This document shows positions 40,026 to 53,879 of a stretch of DNA of 64,000 bases, piece by piece. A model generated the notes under the pieces. It ran no database searches and was not told the origin of the DNA. It worked only from the letters and a program-made list of their open reading frames with translations. The stretch lies in contig OZ024740.1 of the NCBI GenBank assembly GCA_964016885.1, forward strand, positions 238,700,001-238,764,000, given 5' to 3'. This DNA is from Eledone cirrhosa (lineage: Eukaryota). The position numbers and the translations under genes are program-made. How positions within the stretch are numbered: position 1 is the first letter of the stretch; every line of letters starts with the position of its first letter.

Positions 40026-41499
40026 TCCACAATGTAAATGTGATTGGCGTTAGGAAGAGCATCCAGCCATAAACAATTCTGTATGAGCAAGACACAGTCA
40101 TCTGATCTGACTTGTTTCACAACGGGACAACTAGTTTAAACCCATGCTAGCATGGAAAAATGGATATTAGATGGTGATGATGATGATATTTGTTTTCATT
40201 CTAGAGATCTCATTGCTCCGAAGCTAGATGTGCAAAGATCAATACCTTATTAAAAAAAACGAGTAACGGTTGGCATCAGGAAGGGCATCTAGCCATAGAC
40301 TTCTGCCTTAAAAAGTTACGTCCAATGCATGTTAGCATAGAAATACAAGCATAAAACTGATGATCATGATAATGATTTCTGATTTAGGGATAAGGCCAAA
40401 CATTTTGGGGGAGGGGAAAGTTGATTAAGTCAACCCCAGTATGTCACTAGTACTTTAATCAACCCCATAAGGATGAAAAGCAAAGTTAACCCCAGCAGAA
40501 TTTGAACTCAGAATGTAAAGGGGCATAACTATATGCTGCATAGCATGTTGTCCAACACTCTATCGATACTGTCAATCTACCGATGATGACAATGATGATG
40601 AAACAGACAGAAGTTTTTCTTTGGACAATTCAACATCAACACAAATGAAGGATATGAAGCCGTAAAATCTTTACATTGGTTTACTACATAGTTTGCAATA
40701 AAAAAATCTTTCCCATTCAAGTAGCTTACATACTTTTCAGCTTCACATGCATAATCCCAACAACCTTTTCTATTGATTAAATCAATCAACAAAATCCTAG
40801 ACCTCATTCGCTTACCGAGCAGGGTGGAACCTGTGAAATCAGACCAAGCAAACAATGTTTCTATCAGTCTTTCCATTGTTAATACTATCTACCAGTTGCA
40901 AGTACTGGCAGAAAGAACAACATGAAATAAAGTGTCTTGCTCAATGACATAATGCATTGCCCAGTCTGGGAATCAATCCCACAACCGTGCGGATGTGAAT
41001 CCAATTCTCTAATGACTAAGCCATTATAACTACACAAGTATAACACACCATAAGCAATATTTTCAAACTCAATATTTATATTCACAAATGAGAATCTTAC
41101 CTTCTCTAAACTAGATTAAAGATCAAACAAAACAATCCCAATATTGTACAGATGACAAATGATTCATCATAACACCTACAAAACAGCAATTTATCACTCT
41201 AATTACTAAAATACCTGGTATCATATGACAGGTTGACTTATTAGTATCACATTTAATAACATTAAAAGAACCATAATACTTTGGTTATTGGGTCACCATT
41301 AAATATTTCCTTATTCAGATAAGGTTATATCAATTCATTTTGGTGGAACCTCTTCTTCTCTTATGGGTTGGGCTCTGCCAAATTTAAAATGCCTCAGGGT
41401 GTATGTTCTGACAGTGCCCCTACATACAAAATCCTTCTCCTAGCTATAGAGTACATATATATGAAAATCTATAACCTTAGGGGAAGAGAAAAGGGAATG

Positions 41500-42420
41500 T
41501 GACATTCCTAACTTCTCCATGATGTAAAACAGAATTTGAAATTAAAACTTTGTCATGAAATCAGTTATTTTTTAGCAACTCTACAGCACTGACCATGCCA
41601 TGAATAAACAAACAATAAAAAAGAATAAATTATAGACTATGACTGACTAGCATGGGCCTCCAATCTACCGCACATCATTATAAATAAGTTCTAAATTGGT
41701 CACATTGCAGACCTGACAAACACACAGTGGGACAGAAATCTTTAAAGTTAAAGAACATTTTAGATATGAAGTGTACAATTTATGATAGCTGTCTCTTTCA
41801 ATCTGATCAATCCATATAATGGCACATTATCAACTTCAATTATCCATAAACATCAACAATAGCTCTGCAATGTTTTTGCTTCCTCATATTACCAGATAGG
41901 TGGACTAAATTCCTACGAAAGTAACAAACCAGGCATTTCTTATGGAAATGCAGCCTTATTATTATAATCTGAATAATAAACATCTAGCTGAAGAACAAAA
42001 AACATTGGAACCATTCCAAATACATTACTAAATTACACACAGTTCAATGACACTACAATATCTTTAGGCTGCTGCACTTGAATATTTTGTGTATATACCA
42101 TATCTTTTCCATTGCAATATTTACAACAACTTGAGCAACAATTTCTAAAATGCCCCCATCCTTTACTATTGACTACACCAAACGATTATAATAGCAAGAG
42201 CTCTCACTCTAATATCCAATCTGTGCTAGAGCACACATTTCCTATTTTTAACATTGCCAAATGGTTGGGAGGGCATTTACCTGTTCTAACAGCATACATT
42301 TTGCGCATTGTTTTTTTTGACAGCTTCAACTACTTGACTCTCTTAGATGCACTGACTGTCATGTTGCAACTTACATTTCCCGAGGATAATAAATGAAATA
42401 ATATCCTATGTTCTGTGGTG
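41500..42420 (+). pseudogene. Possible ancient piggyBac-type transposase remnant
   Basis: Weak motifs QPYYYNLNNKH (P..I..YN..MGGVD-like) and a C-terminal GHLP...RCTDCHVA Cys-rich remnant; heavily decayed. Confidence 0.35.
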
Positions 42421-42839
42421 AGTGATGTTGCAATAGTTTTCACAGAATATAACTGTATATGCGCAATATAACACAAGTCTGTTCAACTAAGGGACACCTA
42501 ACAACAAACTTGCCCCCAAATATACATCATCTGGAAAACATAACAACCAATACCTTTGTGATGGCGAGTGACAGTTGTGGCCATATAGATCATTCTAGCT
42601 AATGGGAGATATATAATGGAGCAATACTGATGAGAAATCCATACAAATTAATAACCTGATTTTTATCAAGCCAATGTGTTCTTTTAAATACATAATATGC
42701 CTCTCAGCTAGTTTGGGTAAAAAGAACGAAAAATGTTATAGGGATCTACATTTGAATGTTAATAGTTTTATTTAAAATTTTTCAAGTAGAAGTGTTATTT
42801 ATATCCCAGCTAAAGTTTAAGAACATGAAAGGAGAAATA

Positions 42840-45250
42840 TCATCATCACTGTTTAACGTTCGCTTTTTCCATGCTAGCATGAGTTAGACGAATTATCCTG
42901 TTGAGAAATGTCAGGTGACCATGTCCTACTCATTCAAAACTGATTTTGGTTTCTACAGCTGGATGCCATTCCTAACGCCAACCACATTAACAGTGAGTAC
43001 TGGGTGCGTTTTGTCATGACAGCTACATGAACAATTTACAGTGTGGGCTGTTTTTCCGAGGGGATCAGGGTTGTTTTCTCTTCTACTTACTAGGACTTCA
43101 GTCTTTGTCAGGTTGACTTTAAGACCTTTTGTTTCTAGGCCTGCTTTCTTCTCTAGATCCACCATAGATTCAACTATGAGTGTAAGATCATCCGCATACA
43201 GGAGTTCCCATGGGCAGCCGATCTTAAACTCCTCTATTACACCCTGCAGTATGATAATTAACAGAAGACTAAGAACAGAGCCCTGGTGTATGCCAACCTG
43301 CATGCTAAATTCCTCGCAATAGTTGTTAATTCTAACTTTGCTGACTGTTGCCCTATACATGGCTTGTACAACCTTCATAAGCTACTCATCTACTCCTAGT
43401 TTTCTAACAGCCCACCAGATTATGGCACAAGGCACTATGTCAAAAGCTTTCTCCAGATCAACATGTGCCAGGTAGAGCAGCTTACTTTTAGCTAGGTACT
43501 TCACCAAGAAGAGAGAGTCTGTGGTGTTTTTACCTAGTACAAATACTAACTGCATCTCCTCTACTAGTCCCTAATCAACTGTGCTATAACTCTATCTGTT
43601 ACTTTCATGACCTGGTCCATCAACTTGATGCCTATCTAGTGCATCTTCTTTACTCTTGTAGCAATTGACAATGATGCTGCTGCACCAATCATTCAATATG
43701 ACACTATTTAGTATTTTGGTTTACAATATGTGTGGTTATGGTGTGACCTACCGACCCAGATGCTTTCAGCATTTTGGCAACTATGCTTGATGCTTTCCCG
43801 GTCTTCATATTCTTAATTGTCTTTCTTACTACACTGTTGCTGACTTTTAAGGCTGGGCCCTCTGTAGGGTCCACTTGGTGTAGGGTCTCTTTCTCCCATG
43901 CATTTGCCTCATTCAGTAATCTTTCATAATGGCTCTTCCATGCAGCTTTCTTTTTGGTGTCTGTGAGGGCAAGTGCGCCTTTATCATCACGGACACACTT
44001 CTTACCAATGACGTCACAATTTTCCCTTATGCACTGCCTCACAATACTGAACACCTCATGTTTCTGGTCTTCATGCTGCAAAACATACTTGAAATTTTAT
44101 CTTCTGCTTCCCTCCTTTCTAAGTATACTTGTCGTCTAGCTTCCCTCCTCTTTGTAGTGTACTCTGCTTCCCCTGTTCTTCCATTTTTTCCATGTCTATT
44201 TCTCGGCCTTAATTATCACATCTACCTTATTGTTCCATCACCAAGTCACTCTCCTTCTCTCTGTAGCCCTGCTCCATCCACTTATCTGATCAGTAGATTA
44301 TCTTTCAGGAACTCCCAATGCTCTTCTATATTGAATGTCTCTATTTGTTCTTCCTTACTGTCATAGGCATTAAGCAAAATATCTCTAAATATGTTACTAC
44401 CTGAGGGCTCTTTCAGCTTCCATATCCTTCTCCTCTAGGTTCGCCTAGCTCTGACAATGAAGTCACTAACTACCAGATTATGTTGGGAGGTACATTCCTC
44501 ACTAGGGAAGGATTTTGTGTTTACTACCGTCACTTTATCTTGTCCTCTGGTAAGGATAAAATTTATCTGACTATCATGTGCACCAGATCTATAGGTGATC
44601 AGGTGGTTGTTGGGTTTTTTTAAGTTTGTGTTACATATCAATAGGTCATTGGTGTCACAGAATTCTAGGAGCCTGAAACCTTTATTTCTTGTGCCAAACC
44701 CGTAGCCTCCATGGACTCTGTAGAAGCTGTCACAGTGTTTTCCAACGTGTCCATTAAAATCCCTCACGATGATTAGGAAATCACTGTCATTCGTTATGTT
44801 AGTAGAGTGTATTAGTGATTCATAAAACGTATCTTTGAGTTCGTCTTTCAACCCAGATTGAGGTGCGTATGCTGATATAATTGTGGTAATTCTTCTATTT
44901 AGGACTCATCAGAGTTTAGTCATTCTCACTCCCACTCTATTTACGGAGATTACCTTATCTACCTATTTATCAGTTAATAAAATATCTACTCCACTTAGCC
45001 ATTGTCATTTCCCACCCAGAAATATTTGTAGCACTGTTTTTTGCCTACAAGGAGTCTAGCTGACTCTCCTCTCCATCTAGTCTCTTGCACACAGCATACA
45101 TAAATTTTCTTCAGCTCTAGCATCTCTACAATCTCTCCTCTTCTTCCTTTCCTTGTGCTCACATTGATGGTCCCAATTCAGAAGTTTGGGTATTTGCCAT
45201 CAGTGGTAGAGGAGGAAGATAGGGGTAGATATTTGCAGGGGTTGGGGTGG
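42840..45250 (-). mobile_element. Decayed RTE LINE (endonuclease and RT) lacking the C-terminal region
   Basis: ORF fragments 44435-44851 (endonuclease), 43704-44081 and 42953-43378 (WELLYADD). The RT joins the 3' tail at ~43050; (CAT)n at 42840. Confidence 0.9.
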
Positions 45251-48200
45251 GTGCATGCTTTCTGTATCTGAAATAAAGAAGGTTCACACAGTCGTCTGGA
45301 AACACGTTGATTCATATTCATATTTAGGGTTGCTCTATCATTTCAGTCCATCCATAATAAACAAAAAAATCTCCAAGAAGAATAGGAAAGATAGTAGCAG
45401 TAGCAGCAGTTGGCAGTTATTGTCACAGATAGTGGCTGAAGGTATCTTTGTATTGCTGTGGTTTGATTAGTCTAAGATGCTAAGGTAGTGTGTGAGCGGG
45501 AAATGGCAGTGAATGGGTTGGCTGGTAGATCCGATGTTTGTAGAAAGCATGAAACAGATACATGAAATAGGATAGAGCTGTTGTTCATAGTAAATTTTGG
45601 AATTCGTAGGTTACAGACAGGCCTTGAATAATGTTGGAGAAGTCTACAAGCAGCGTGTAGTGATGGAATGAAATAAAATGGATATATTGAACGCAATGTT
45701 GTAAGTAGTGATAAAAGATCTGTATACCAAAGTCTTTCTTCAACGAATAAGCTGGCTTAAGTAAGGGAGAAAACTTGCCTGTCATGTGATACATCTATTA
45801 TTAAAGGAATGTAGAATCACAACATTCACTTTCCTTTAAAAAACAAACAAAAAAAAACAACAATGAAGTAAATTTATAATCATTACACGTCTGCTTTTCT
45901 ATGCTGGCATGAGTAGCACTGGGTTATTATGAGTTGAGTCAAATTTTATTTGGAGTTACTGCCCTGCTTGATGGGTCGAGCATCGTGTCCCATTTTTGGC
46001 ATTGTTTCTTTCTATATTGGGTACATTTTATTGTAGTATCAGCAGTGGAGAAGTTGTATTGACCACAGAAAAAAAAAAAAATAAATAAAATAAAATCGAC
46101 ATTGGTCAGGTCAGTCAAACTAGAATTCATAAGAAATAATTGTTTCTACTTTTGGCACAAGGCCAGCAATTACTCAGTACATTACTGGTATTTTATTTTA
46201 TCGACCCCGTATGAAAAGCAAAGTTAACCTCGGCGGGATTTAAACTCAGATCATAAAGGGACGTAACTATGCTTCAAAGTATGGTGTCCAACCCTCTACC
46301 GATACTGCCTCTGAGACATGTCAAACTAATTCAAATTAACTAATTATTGCCAGTAATGCACTGAGATAATTGCTGGCCTTGTGCCAAAAGTAGTAATAAT
46401 TATTAAAGTAGTTGCTTGATGTGATTATACTTTGGGAACATTGATAGATTCAGATAGGAGGGCAGACAAACTGTTCAATATTACAAAATAAAATTGCTCG
46501 TGGAGCAATAATTTGCACTTACAATTTGTTTATATGATGGAATGTGATTATTATCAACTATATTAAACCATTATATTGTGAACTACAGATGGAATTTCGT
46601 CCTTTTAGTCTTCTACCAAGAAAAAATAGAACTTTTCGATCGTTATTTGAAAGAATTCAAGTCGAACTTGTGCAATGACACCCGTAGGCATAATAGTGGT
46701 GGTTGATCATATGAAATTATTGTAATTGCTATTTCTGAACAATGTTCTGTAATTATTTATTTATTTCTTGAATTTGCTGTTCTGTAATATAAAATTACTT
46801 TGATTAACTGTATGTTACATTGCTCAAGTACTTACTATAAATTTCTTTCATTTGTTTACAATCCATATTGCTGTAAAATTGTCTCCATTAAAAAAAAAGT
46901 TACTGGATTTTTATTATTGATATCATTCATATCGGAAACTAAATGGAATGCTTTAGTTTGAGTGAATAATTTCAACGTTTTACCTTACGGTGGTGCCTGT
47001 ATGCGGTCTTTGAAATCGCAGATGATATTGTGAGATTTTGTATATTGAATATGTTTGCCCTTATGTTTAGTTGTTAAATTGACATACCTTTAATAAACAA
47101 AAGGAACTTTTCCAGCAATCCCACCCTCCTTCGTATCTTAAACTATAACATTAATTCTAGACGATCTAATACATCTGAATTACACCCCAAAGTATCTCCT
47201 GACAAACAAACTGCCGTCAAAGAATCTACCATCAAATAAAGTTTGAGAAAGTGAAAGTGGCATACTTTTCTCAAAGATAGACGATATTTATGTTCTTTAT
47301 GCAATTAACATGAAATTCTTTAATATTGTATTTATTAAAACTATTATTCGTAAAAGCACACAGAAAGAAAATGAAAAGAAAAAAAAAGATTTTTTAAACA
47401 GCCATTCATGTTCTTATACATGTAAATAATATACAAATTCAATCATATCGTATTGAATTGAATTTGTTTATCATTGTTTTTACTTTTTAAGTATCTTTAA
47501 TGTTGTTTAAGAGAAAATCACCTTTTTTTAAAGATTCCGAATCTTTAATGCGCAAAACAGAAATGAGAAGACCGTGTTAAAAAAGAAAATAATAATAATA
47601 ATGATAAAGTTAGACAGGTGGTGATTTAAAAACACACGCTTAAACGAATATGTGCCAAAAACAAAACATATCCTAAAGAGGGTAATTCGCGAAATAAATC
47701 TGTTCGGAACACAATTCTCCTATATTAAATCTATAAATTCTCCTATATTAAATCTACAATTAAATTTATAAATGTTAGCAAGAAACAAATACCTGAAAAT
47801 ACAATTTGAGATATTAAAATTGCCACAATAACATTTAAAAACAAACTGCAAACTTTTGATTAATCTTTTTTTTTTTTTTTTTAAGGCTATTTATATCGTT
47901 TTTCTCGATTCATCTTGTGACAGGTGAGATATTTTACATGCCATGTAGGTTTCGACTTTATACAAGATTTATTTATTTTTTTCTTCAATGAAAATTAAAC
48001 AAATACCCATTTATAATGATCGTTTATGAATAAAGAAACATTTTAACAAGATGTCTACACCGAATGAACATTTTAGTATATAGAGTATTAAAATGTGAGC
48101 ATACATAGATTTTATAAAATAAATAGAGATTTTTTTGATTTTAGCAGAAATATTTGCAACAACGGAGAAATATATTTGTAGAAGTATTTGATTGCGATTT

Positions 48201-49273
48201 ATTTTTCAGTGGAAGTGTCTGTAATGTTATATTAGAAAATTAACTCAAATGTCCCGAATGAAATCGTCTTCCACCGAGCAGAAAGAAAGATGTAATTGAA
48301 CTATAGATGATGAGCGAAAGTGAAATAAAATCGAGGAATTAAGTGACAAAACATAATCTATTGCAATGTGTTAGAAAGTAGGGTATTTTACCGACAGTAA
48401 ACAGCATCAAGATTTAGAAATAGTCGGGTTATTGACATGACACGATAATCAAGTGTAGGAAAGCATATGTGTTTGTAGTAGTCAGGACATTATAATTATG
48501 AACGAAAATAATTCCACGATAGCACTGAAATACTAAAAAGAGATAACTAAAGTAATAGAAAAGTCTAATATTTACCAATAAGAGGAATTATTTGAAGTTT
48601 GTTCACCAAGTCGCTAAGTGATATAGTATCACATCATTTGGTCCCATACATAAACTGTGAGAGGTTACATTATCAGGGGAGATAACTTAGAACAACATAT
48701 TGTAAAGAAATGCTCTTCCATATATGAATAATTCTAGAAAAGTTATACACCGTGTGTAAAATGTATGTCGCACTTTCTTTTAATAACTTTGTTATGAATA
48801 CTTTTATGTAATTTATAATTACATTTTCTTTGTATGTAATAAGTAAACTAAAATAAAGTTCTCATATCTAGCCGGCAGGAATATAGATAGTATTTAAACT
48901 ACGAGTTGACATCATACATTTCGGTGTGTACCTGGTCTAATAACAGTTGGCAATATGTAGCCAAATAACAAAACAGGCGGTTTGACCATATGGACAATAC
49001 TCAGTGGGCAGATGAACTGGGTAAAAGTAAAAACAGCCGAAAAACACATTAACGGACAAACCAAATATAGGTGACAGGTGTCTGGACAGGTTTTAAGATC
49101 AGTCTTATGGGGGAAAATGTCAATTAATTCTTGACATCCTGTCCAGGATATCGTTTATCTCCCATACACTTAAATGTTAACGGATCATGTGAAAAGATTT
49201 ACGTAATATAAATGTGCCCCACTCTCAAGAGCGTGAAACTAATAAACCTTTGTTCGTACTGCCTCTCTGTTTT

Positions 49274-49405
<132 letters not shown>

Positions 49406-49412
49406 CAAATAT

Positions 49413-49577
49413 TAATAAAATAGATGTTCTTTTGATCAATTAAATTTTATTATACATATTTCAGAGGTTAAGATTTAATCAAGGTACCATTATATTTTGT
49501 CTGATGAGGACGTTCTGTTGTACCTCTGAAATATGTATAATAAAATTTAATTGATCAAAAGAACATCTATTTTATTA
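49413..49577. repeat. Perfect 56-bp inverted repeat overlapping the hammerhead
   Basis: 49413-49468 is the reverse complement of 49522-49577; 53-bp spacer. Confidence 0.95.
49494..49546 (+). ncRNA. Minimal type I hammerhead ribozyme motif
   Basis: Stem I ATTTTGT/ATAAAAT; core CTGATGA (49501-49507); stem II GGA/TCT; GAAA (49528-49531); short stem III with loop ATGT; triplet AUA with predicted cut after 49539. Confidence 0.62.
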
Positions 49578-49740
49578 TTTTATTATTTTAATATTAATAA
49601 CATCTATTTTATTATTTTATTATTTTAATATTAATAACTCTGGAAAATTATTACTTGTAGAGTGCTTCCAATCTATTGTAAAACTCATTCTTTGATGTAC
49701 TCATTGAATCTTGTTTAACTCTTTAATATATATATATATA

Positions 49741-49940
49741 ACAAAGGAATTGTGGTAAGGAACCAGATGGACCATAACGCACCAGAGTACTCAATACTTA
49801 GGGTAGTAGAGTGGGAAATAGGAAAAAAGTATGACCCCGACGGCAGAGCTCAAGCCGTTTCGATGGCTATTTCTGGACCAGAAATAGCCGTCGAAACGGC
49901 TTGAGGTCTGCCGTCGGGGTCGTACTTTTTTCCTATATAT
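49741..49940 (+). repeat. Hairpin-family element with a ~59-bp-arm palindrome
   Basis: ATAGGAAAAAAGTATGACCCCGACGGCAGAGCTCAAGCCGTTTCGATGGCTATTTCTGG-A-CCAGAAATAGCCGTCGAAACGGCTTGAGGTCTGCCGTCGGGGTCGTACTTTTTTCCTAT. Confidence 0.9.
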
Positions 49941-50773
49941 ATAATAAGGTCGAAAAAAGTTTTTTTTTTAAAAATATTTTTTATATTTTCTATATATTTA
50001 CTCCATATTGATTTACTTATTGTTTCAACTTCCTCCCCCTCCCCTTCTCTAGTATACTTTTTTCGAACTTCTATCCTTAGAATCTGCTGTAGTTGTCACT
50101 TTCAACGCTTGACTGGGTTTCCTCCACTCACTCTCCCTCTTTCTTCTACTGGCAAGTTCAGCTACCCCTACCTTCCACAAAATGCCATGATAGAATCATG
50201 TGTCTCAATAACAAACTTTTGACCAATCCTTGTGACAATCACTTCTACCATATATGGAATTACCCCCTGAGAAGTTCGGCTATTCATTTACCAGAATAAA
50301 AATGTTCATTTAGTCCAGAATTAGCCGTCGAAACGGCTTGAGCTCAGCCGTCGGGGTCCTACTTGTTCCTATTACCCACTCTACTACCCTAAGTATTGAG
50401 TACTTTAGTGCGTTATGGTCCATCTGGTTCCTTACCACATTTCCTTCATTATATATATATATGATGATGATGATGATGATGGCTGCAACTCGATTTCGAT
50501 GTGGCTAGGGACTTGCCTATGGCCAGCAATGCCATGCATCGCAAAACCATGTGACATATCAAGCGATGTCTGGGTTTGAAGCTTTTTTAAGTGAGAAAAG
50601 GCTTTGTACATAGCCAATCCCACTCTCTGAACATCGAATGCATTTACCCTAAAAAAGAACTGGTCTACATCATTGGGTGCAAACGAAGTCGCAGGTTTTA
50701 TATCAGAATGATCTTCTCCTAGAGAGATGTCTTAATGAAGACTAAGAGTCTCTCATTCATCCACACAACAACA

Positions 50774-50892
50774 AAAATTTAGACTCCAATAAAATCTGAA
50801 ACAATTAGAAATATGCCCATTTGAGGTAAATTGGGACAAATTTCAAATGGGTATTTTTCTAATTGTATAGATTTTGTTGGAATCTAAATTTT
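50774..50892. repeat. Imperfect ~50-bp-arm inverted repeat
   Basis: AAAATTTAGACTCCAATAAAATCT...CCCATTTGA / TCAAATGGG...AGATTTTGTTGGAATCTAAATTTT. Confidence 0.85.
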
Positions 50893-51425
50893 AAATATTA
50901 CCAGGTTGAATAATCACTTATTCATAATTTGTTCAATCTGAAATAAAAAAAATAGTAAGTTAATAAAGAATTAATTCCTATTGACGAATTATTTCACACC
51001 GGCAAAATTGAAGTGAAGCAAAGTTAACAAGTGTTGTTAGAGGTGAAATAACATGACAAAATAAATGGTTTCGTTTAAATATAAAATTTACTTCACTTCA
51101 GTGAATAAAGGAACAAAGAATAAGTTTACTACAAATCATAAAAGTTGACAATGTTTTTGCTGTTATTTCGTTATGCTGAAATAGAGAGTGGCAAGAGATC
51201 GTTCGTTAATAGTGGCAGCAAGGTAGTAGTCAAAGCCCAGTGACCAGAGAAGGTGAGAGTCTGTAAGACCCAGAGAGAGAGTAATAGTTTGTAGACTCCA
51301 AGGGGTCTGTAGAAGGCAAATGTTTTACATCGTTACTCTATCAGGAACTGCTTCAAACTCTGTTTGGCTTGGTTTAAGACAAGCTATTTATATCTGTCGT
51401 TTCCTCTGTCCCCTGTCTCAAGAAC

Positions 51426-52520
51426 TACCGGGGTGATCTCGAGAGATTGCCCACGCATAGACTTGGTACGCCAAAAAGTAGGTAACCCAGAATTTGACCG
51501 TTAAATGTCACCCAGGGGTCAGGGTGTGGACAGATTTCGCTACAAAAGTGCTGGGGAGATTGTTAGAGCCACAAAGTATGCCAAATCTTCTGTTTTTAGA
51601 GTTGTATCCAATTTGAAGAAAAGTCAGGATGTTCAGAGAAAGCTTCACAGTCCTCACAGTGACCGAAAATGGATACCTTCTTTCTTAGCAGGACTTAAAA
51701 GATCAATTGAGTCGAGACAAAACCTCCATATGAAATCATATGCGAGGAGACACCTTAACACCCTAACTATCCACTCCAAAGCTATTCGAGCTGAAAGAAG
51801 TCCCAAACTTCTTCGTCATCTGAAACATGGATGAAAAGTAGTTCATGGTAGACGAAGTTGCAAACTGTCAAGACTTGCGAATGATAGCATATGACCCTTC
51901 CCAAGTTCCTTCAGCCATGCATTGCAAGAATCCAGCTTCTGTTATGGTCTTTGGAGCTGCTGCAAGTGATGAGAAATTGATGCCTTCTCATTTTCTTGAA
52001 GCGTGTCTTTAAAAAATCAACACAACAGAGTATCTCAAAATCTTAGAAGTTTTATTGCTTTGGATTAGGACGCATTATGATGCAAGTCACATCATGTTTG
52101 TACAGGACTCTGCGCCCACCAATTCTTTGAAAAGAGTGCAAAAAATTTTGAAGTATATACCCTTGCAAGCAGGGAAAAACGGACGTAAAATGATGATGAT
52201 GATGAATTGCCCATGTTTGTCCCTAAAAATATTTGACCCTCTAGCTTGCCATATTTGAATCAATGTGATTTTTAGCTATGGGGCGCAGTTGAAGCAATAT
52301 CCAATGCCACTTCTCACAATTCTATCTTCACTGAAGACTTTGATCAGGCAAGCATTCGATAAAATTAAAAAGGAAGAAATAGTTAAGGCATGTCCATCAT
52401 TTCATAAACGGTTTGAACTAATAAAGAAAGCAAATGGTGGTCACATTGAACTGAAATAAGTGCTAAACACTCCCCAATAAATTGGCATAAACATAAAATT
52501 TGCAGTGTTATACGCTGTAT
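51426..52520 (+). mobile_element. Tc1/mariner-superfamily transposon, DD37D (maT)-like, decayed
   Basis: Fragments KNPASVMVFGAAASD..LMPSHF, FVQDSAPT, LNQCDF and ACPSFHKRFELIKKANGGHIE; a SINE/LINE tail is inserted at ~52160-52205. Confidence 0.8.
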
Positions 52521-52956
52521 TATCATTTCATCATCATCATTTCATTTTACGTCCGCTTCTTCCCTGCTTGCAAGGGTAGGACGGGAACTGATTCTGGCTT
52601 GATTTCTACAGCTGGATACCCTTCCTAACACCAACCTCATTTACAGTGAGTGCTGGGTGCTTTTTTTTGCCGTGGCACCTCCACGACCACTTTGCAGGAC
52701 CCCAGTCCCTATCATCTCATTTCTACAGCTGAGTAAACTGGAGCAATGTGAAATAAAGTGTCTTGCTCAAGGAAACAACACATCACATATATACAAAACT
52801 CTGATTCCATCAGGGCAACATCAGTTAGATGTGAATTACAAGTCAGCATTGCACCAAATTTCTCCATTTCTCTTAACTTTTGAAAATAAATAAAACTTGT
52901 GAAACCAGTAAAGTTATATATTATTGTAAATAAACCTTCTTAAAGATGCCAATTGC

Positions 52957-52989
<33 letters not shown>

Positions 52990-53371
52990 CAAAGAAAGTA
53001 TGGAAAGGAACCAGGTAGACCATAACACACCAGAGTACTCGATACTTAGGGTAGTAGAGTGGGTAATAGGAAAAGAGTCAGGACTCTGACTCTTTTCCTA
53101 TATATATATATCATGATCATCATCGTTTTACATCCACTTTTCCAATCATGAGTTGGAAGAGTCTTTTCCAGCATATCATCCCTCCACTCATTGCGGTCCT
53201 TTGTAATCACCTTTGTAAACTTCAGTGATTTGAGATCAGCTCTCACAACTTCTGCTCAGGTCTTTTTTGGTCTCTTTCTATTGCAGTATCTTTCACTTGA
53301 ATTTCTTGGCACTTCTTCACAAAACAATTATCATCATCATTATATATATATAAAGAGAGAGAGAGAAAGAG

Positions 53372-53438
<67 letters not shown>

Positions 53439-53879
53439 ATTTATTCAAAGGGGAATTTGGGGGAGTTGCTTCTCAAGCTTAACAGTTTTGCTTCAATAGG
53501 TGACTGGGGATAACCCCCATTTTGATTATATTTATAACTGGGAAACTGCAAAACTGCACATGAAAAACTATATAAGAAAAATGCCATGCCTAGCCCCAAA
53601 ATAACAATACTGATTTAGAATCAGAAAATACATAAATGTAAATATAATATAAATGAGGGTGAGGGGTAGTGCTAAAATAAATATATAAGTATTATAATAT
53701 ATAAGTATTATAATAATCATCATCATAGGCAAGGGCCTTGTTTCAGGGGGTACCAGTACCAGGGGACAAGTCCCCCCCCCCCACACTTTTTTAAACGTCT
53801 ATATTTTATTTTTTGTTTATTTGATATTATAAATTCTTTTTAAGCTTATTTTTTTCATATCTGAACTTCATTTGAATAT

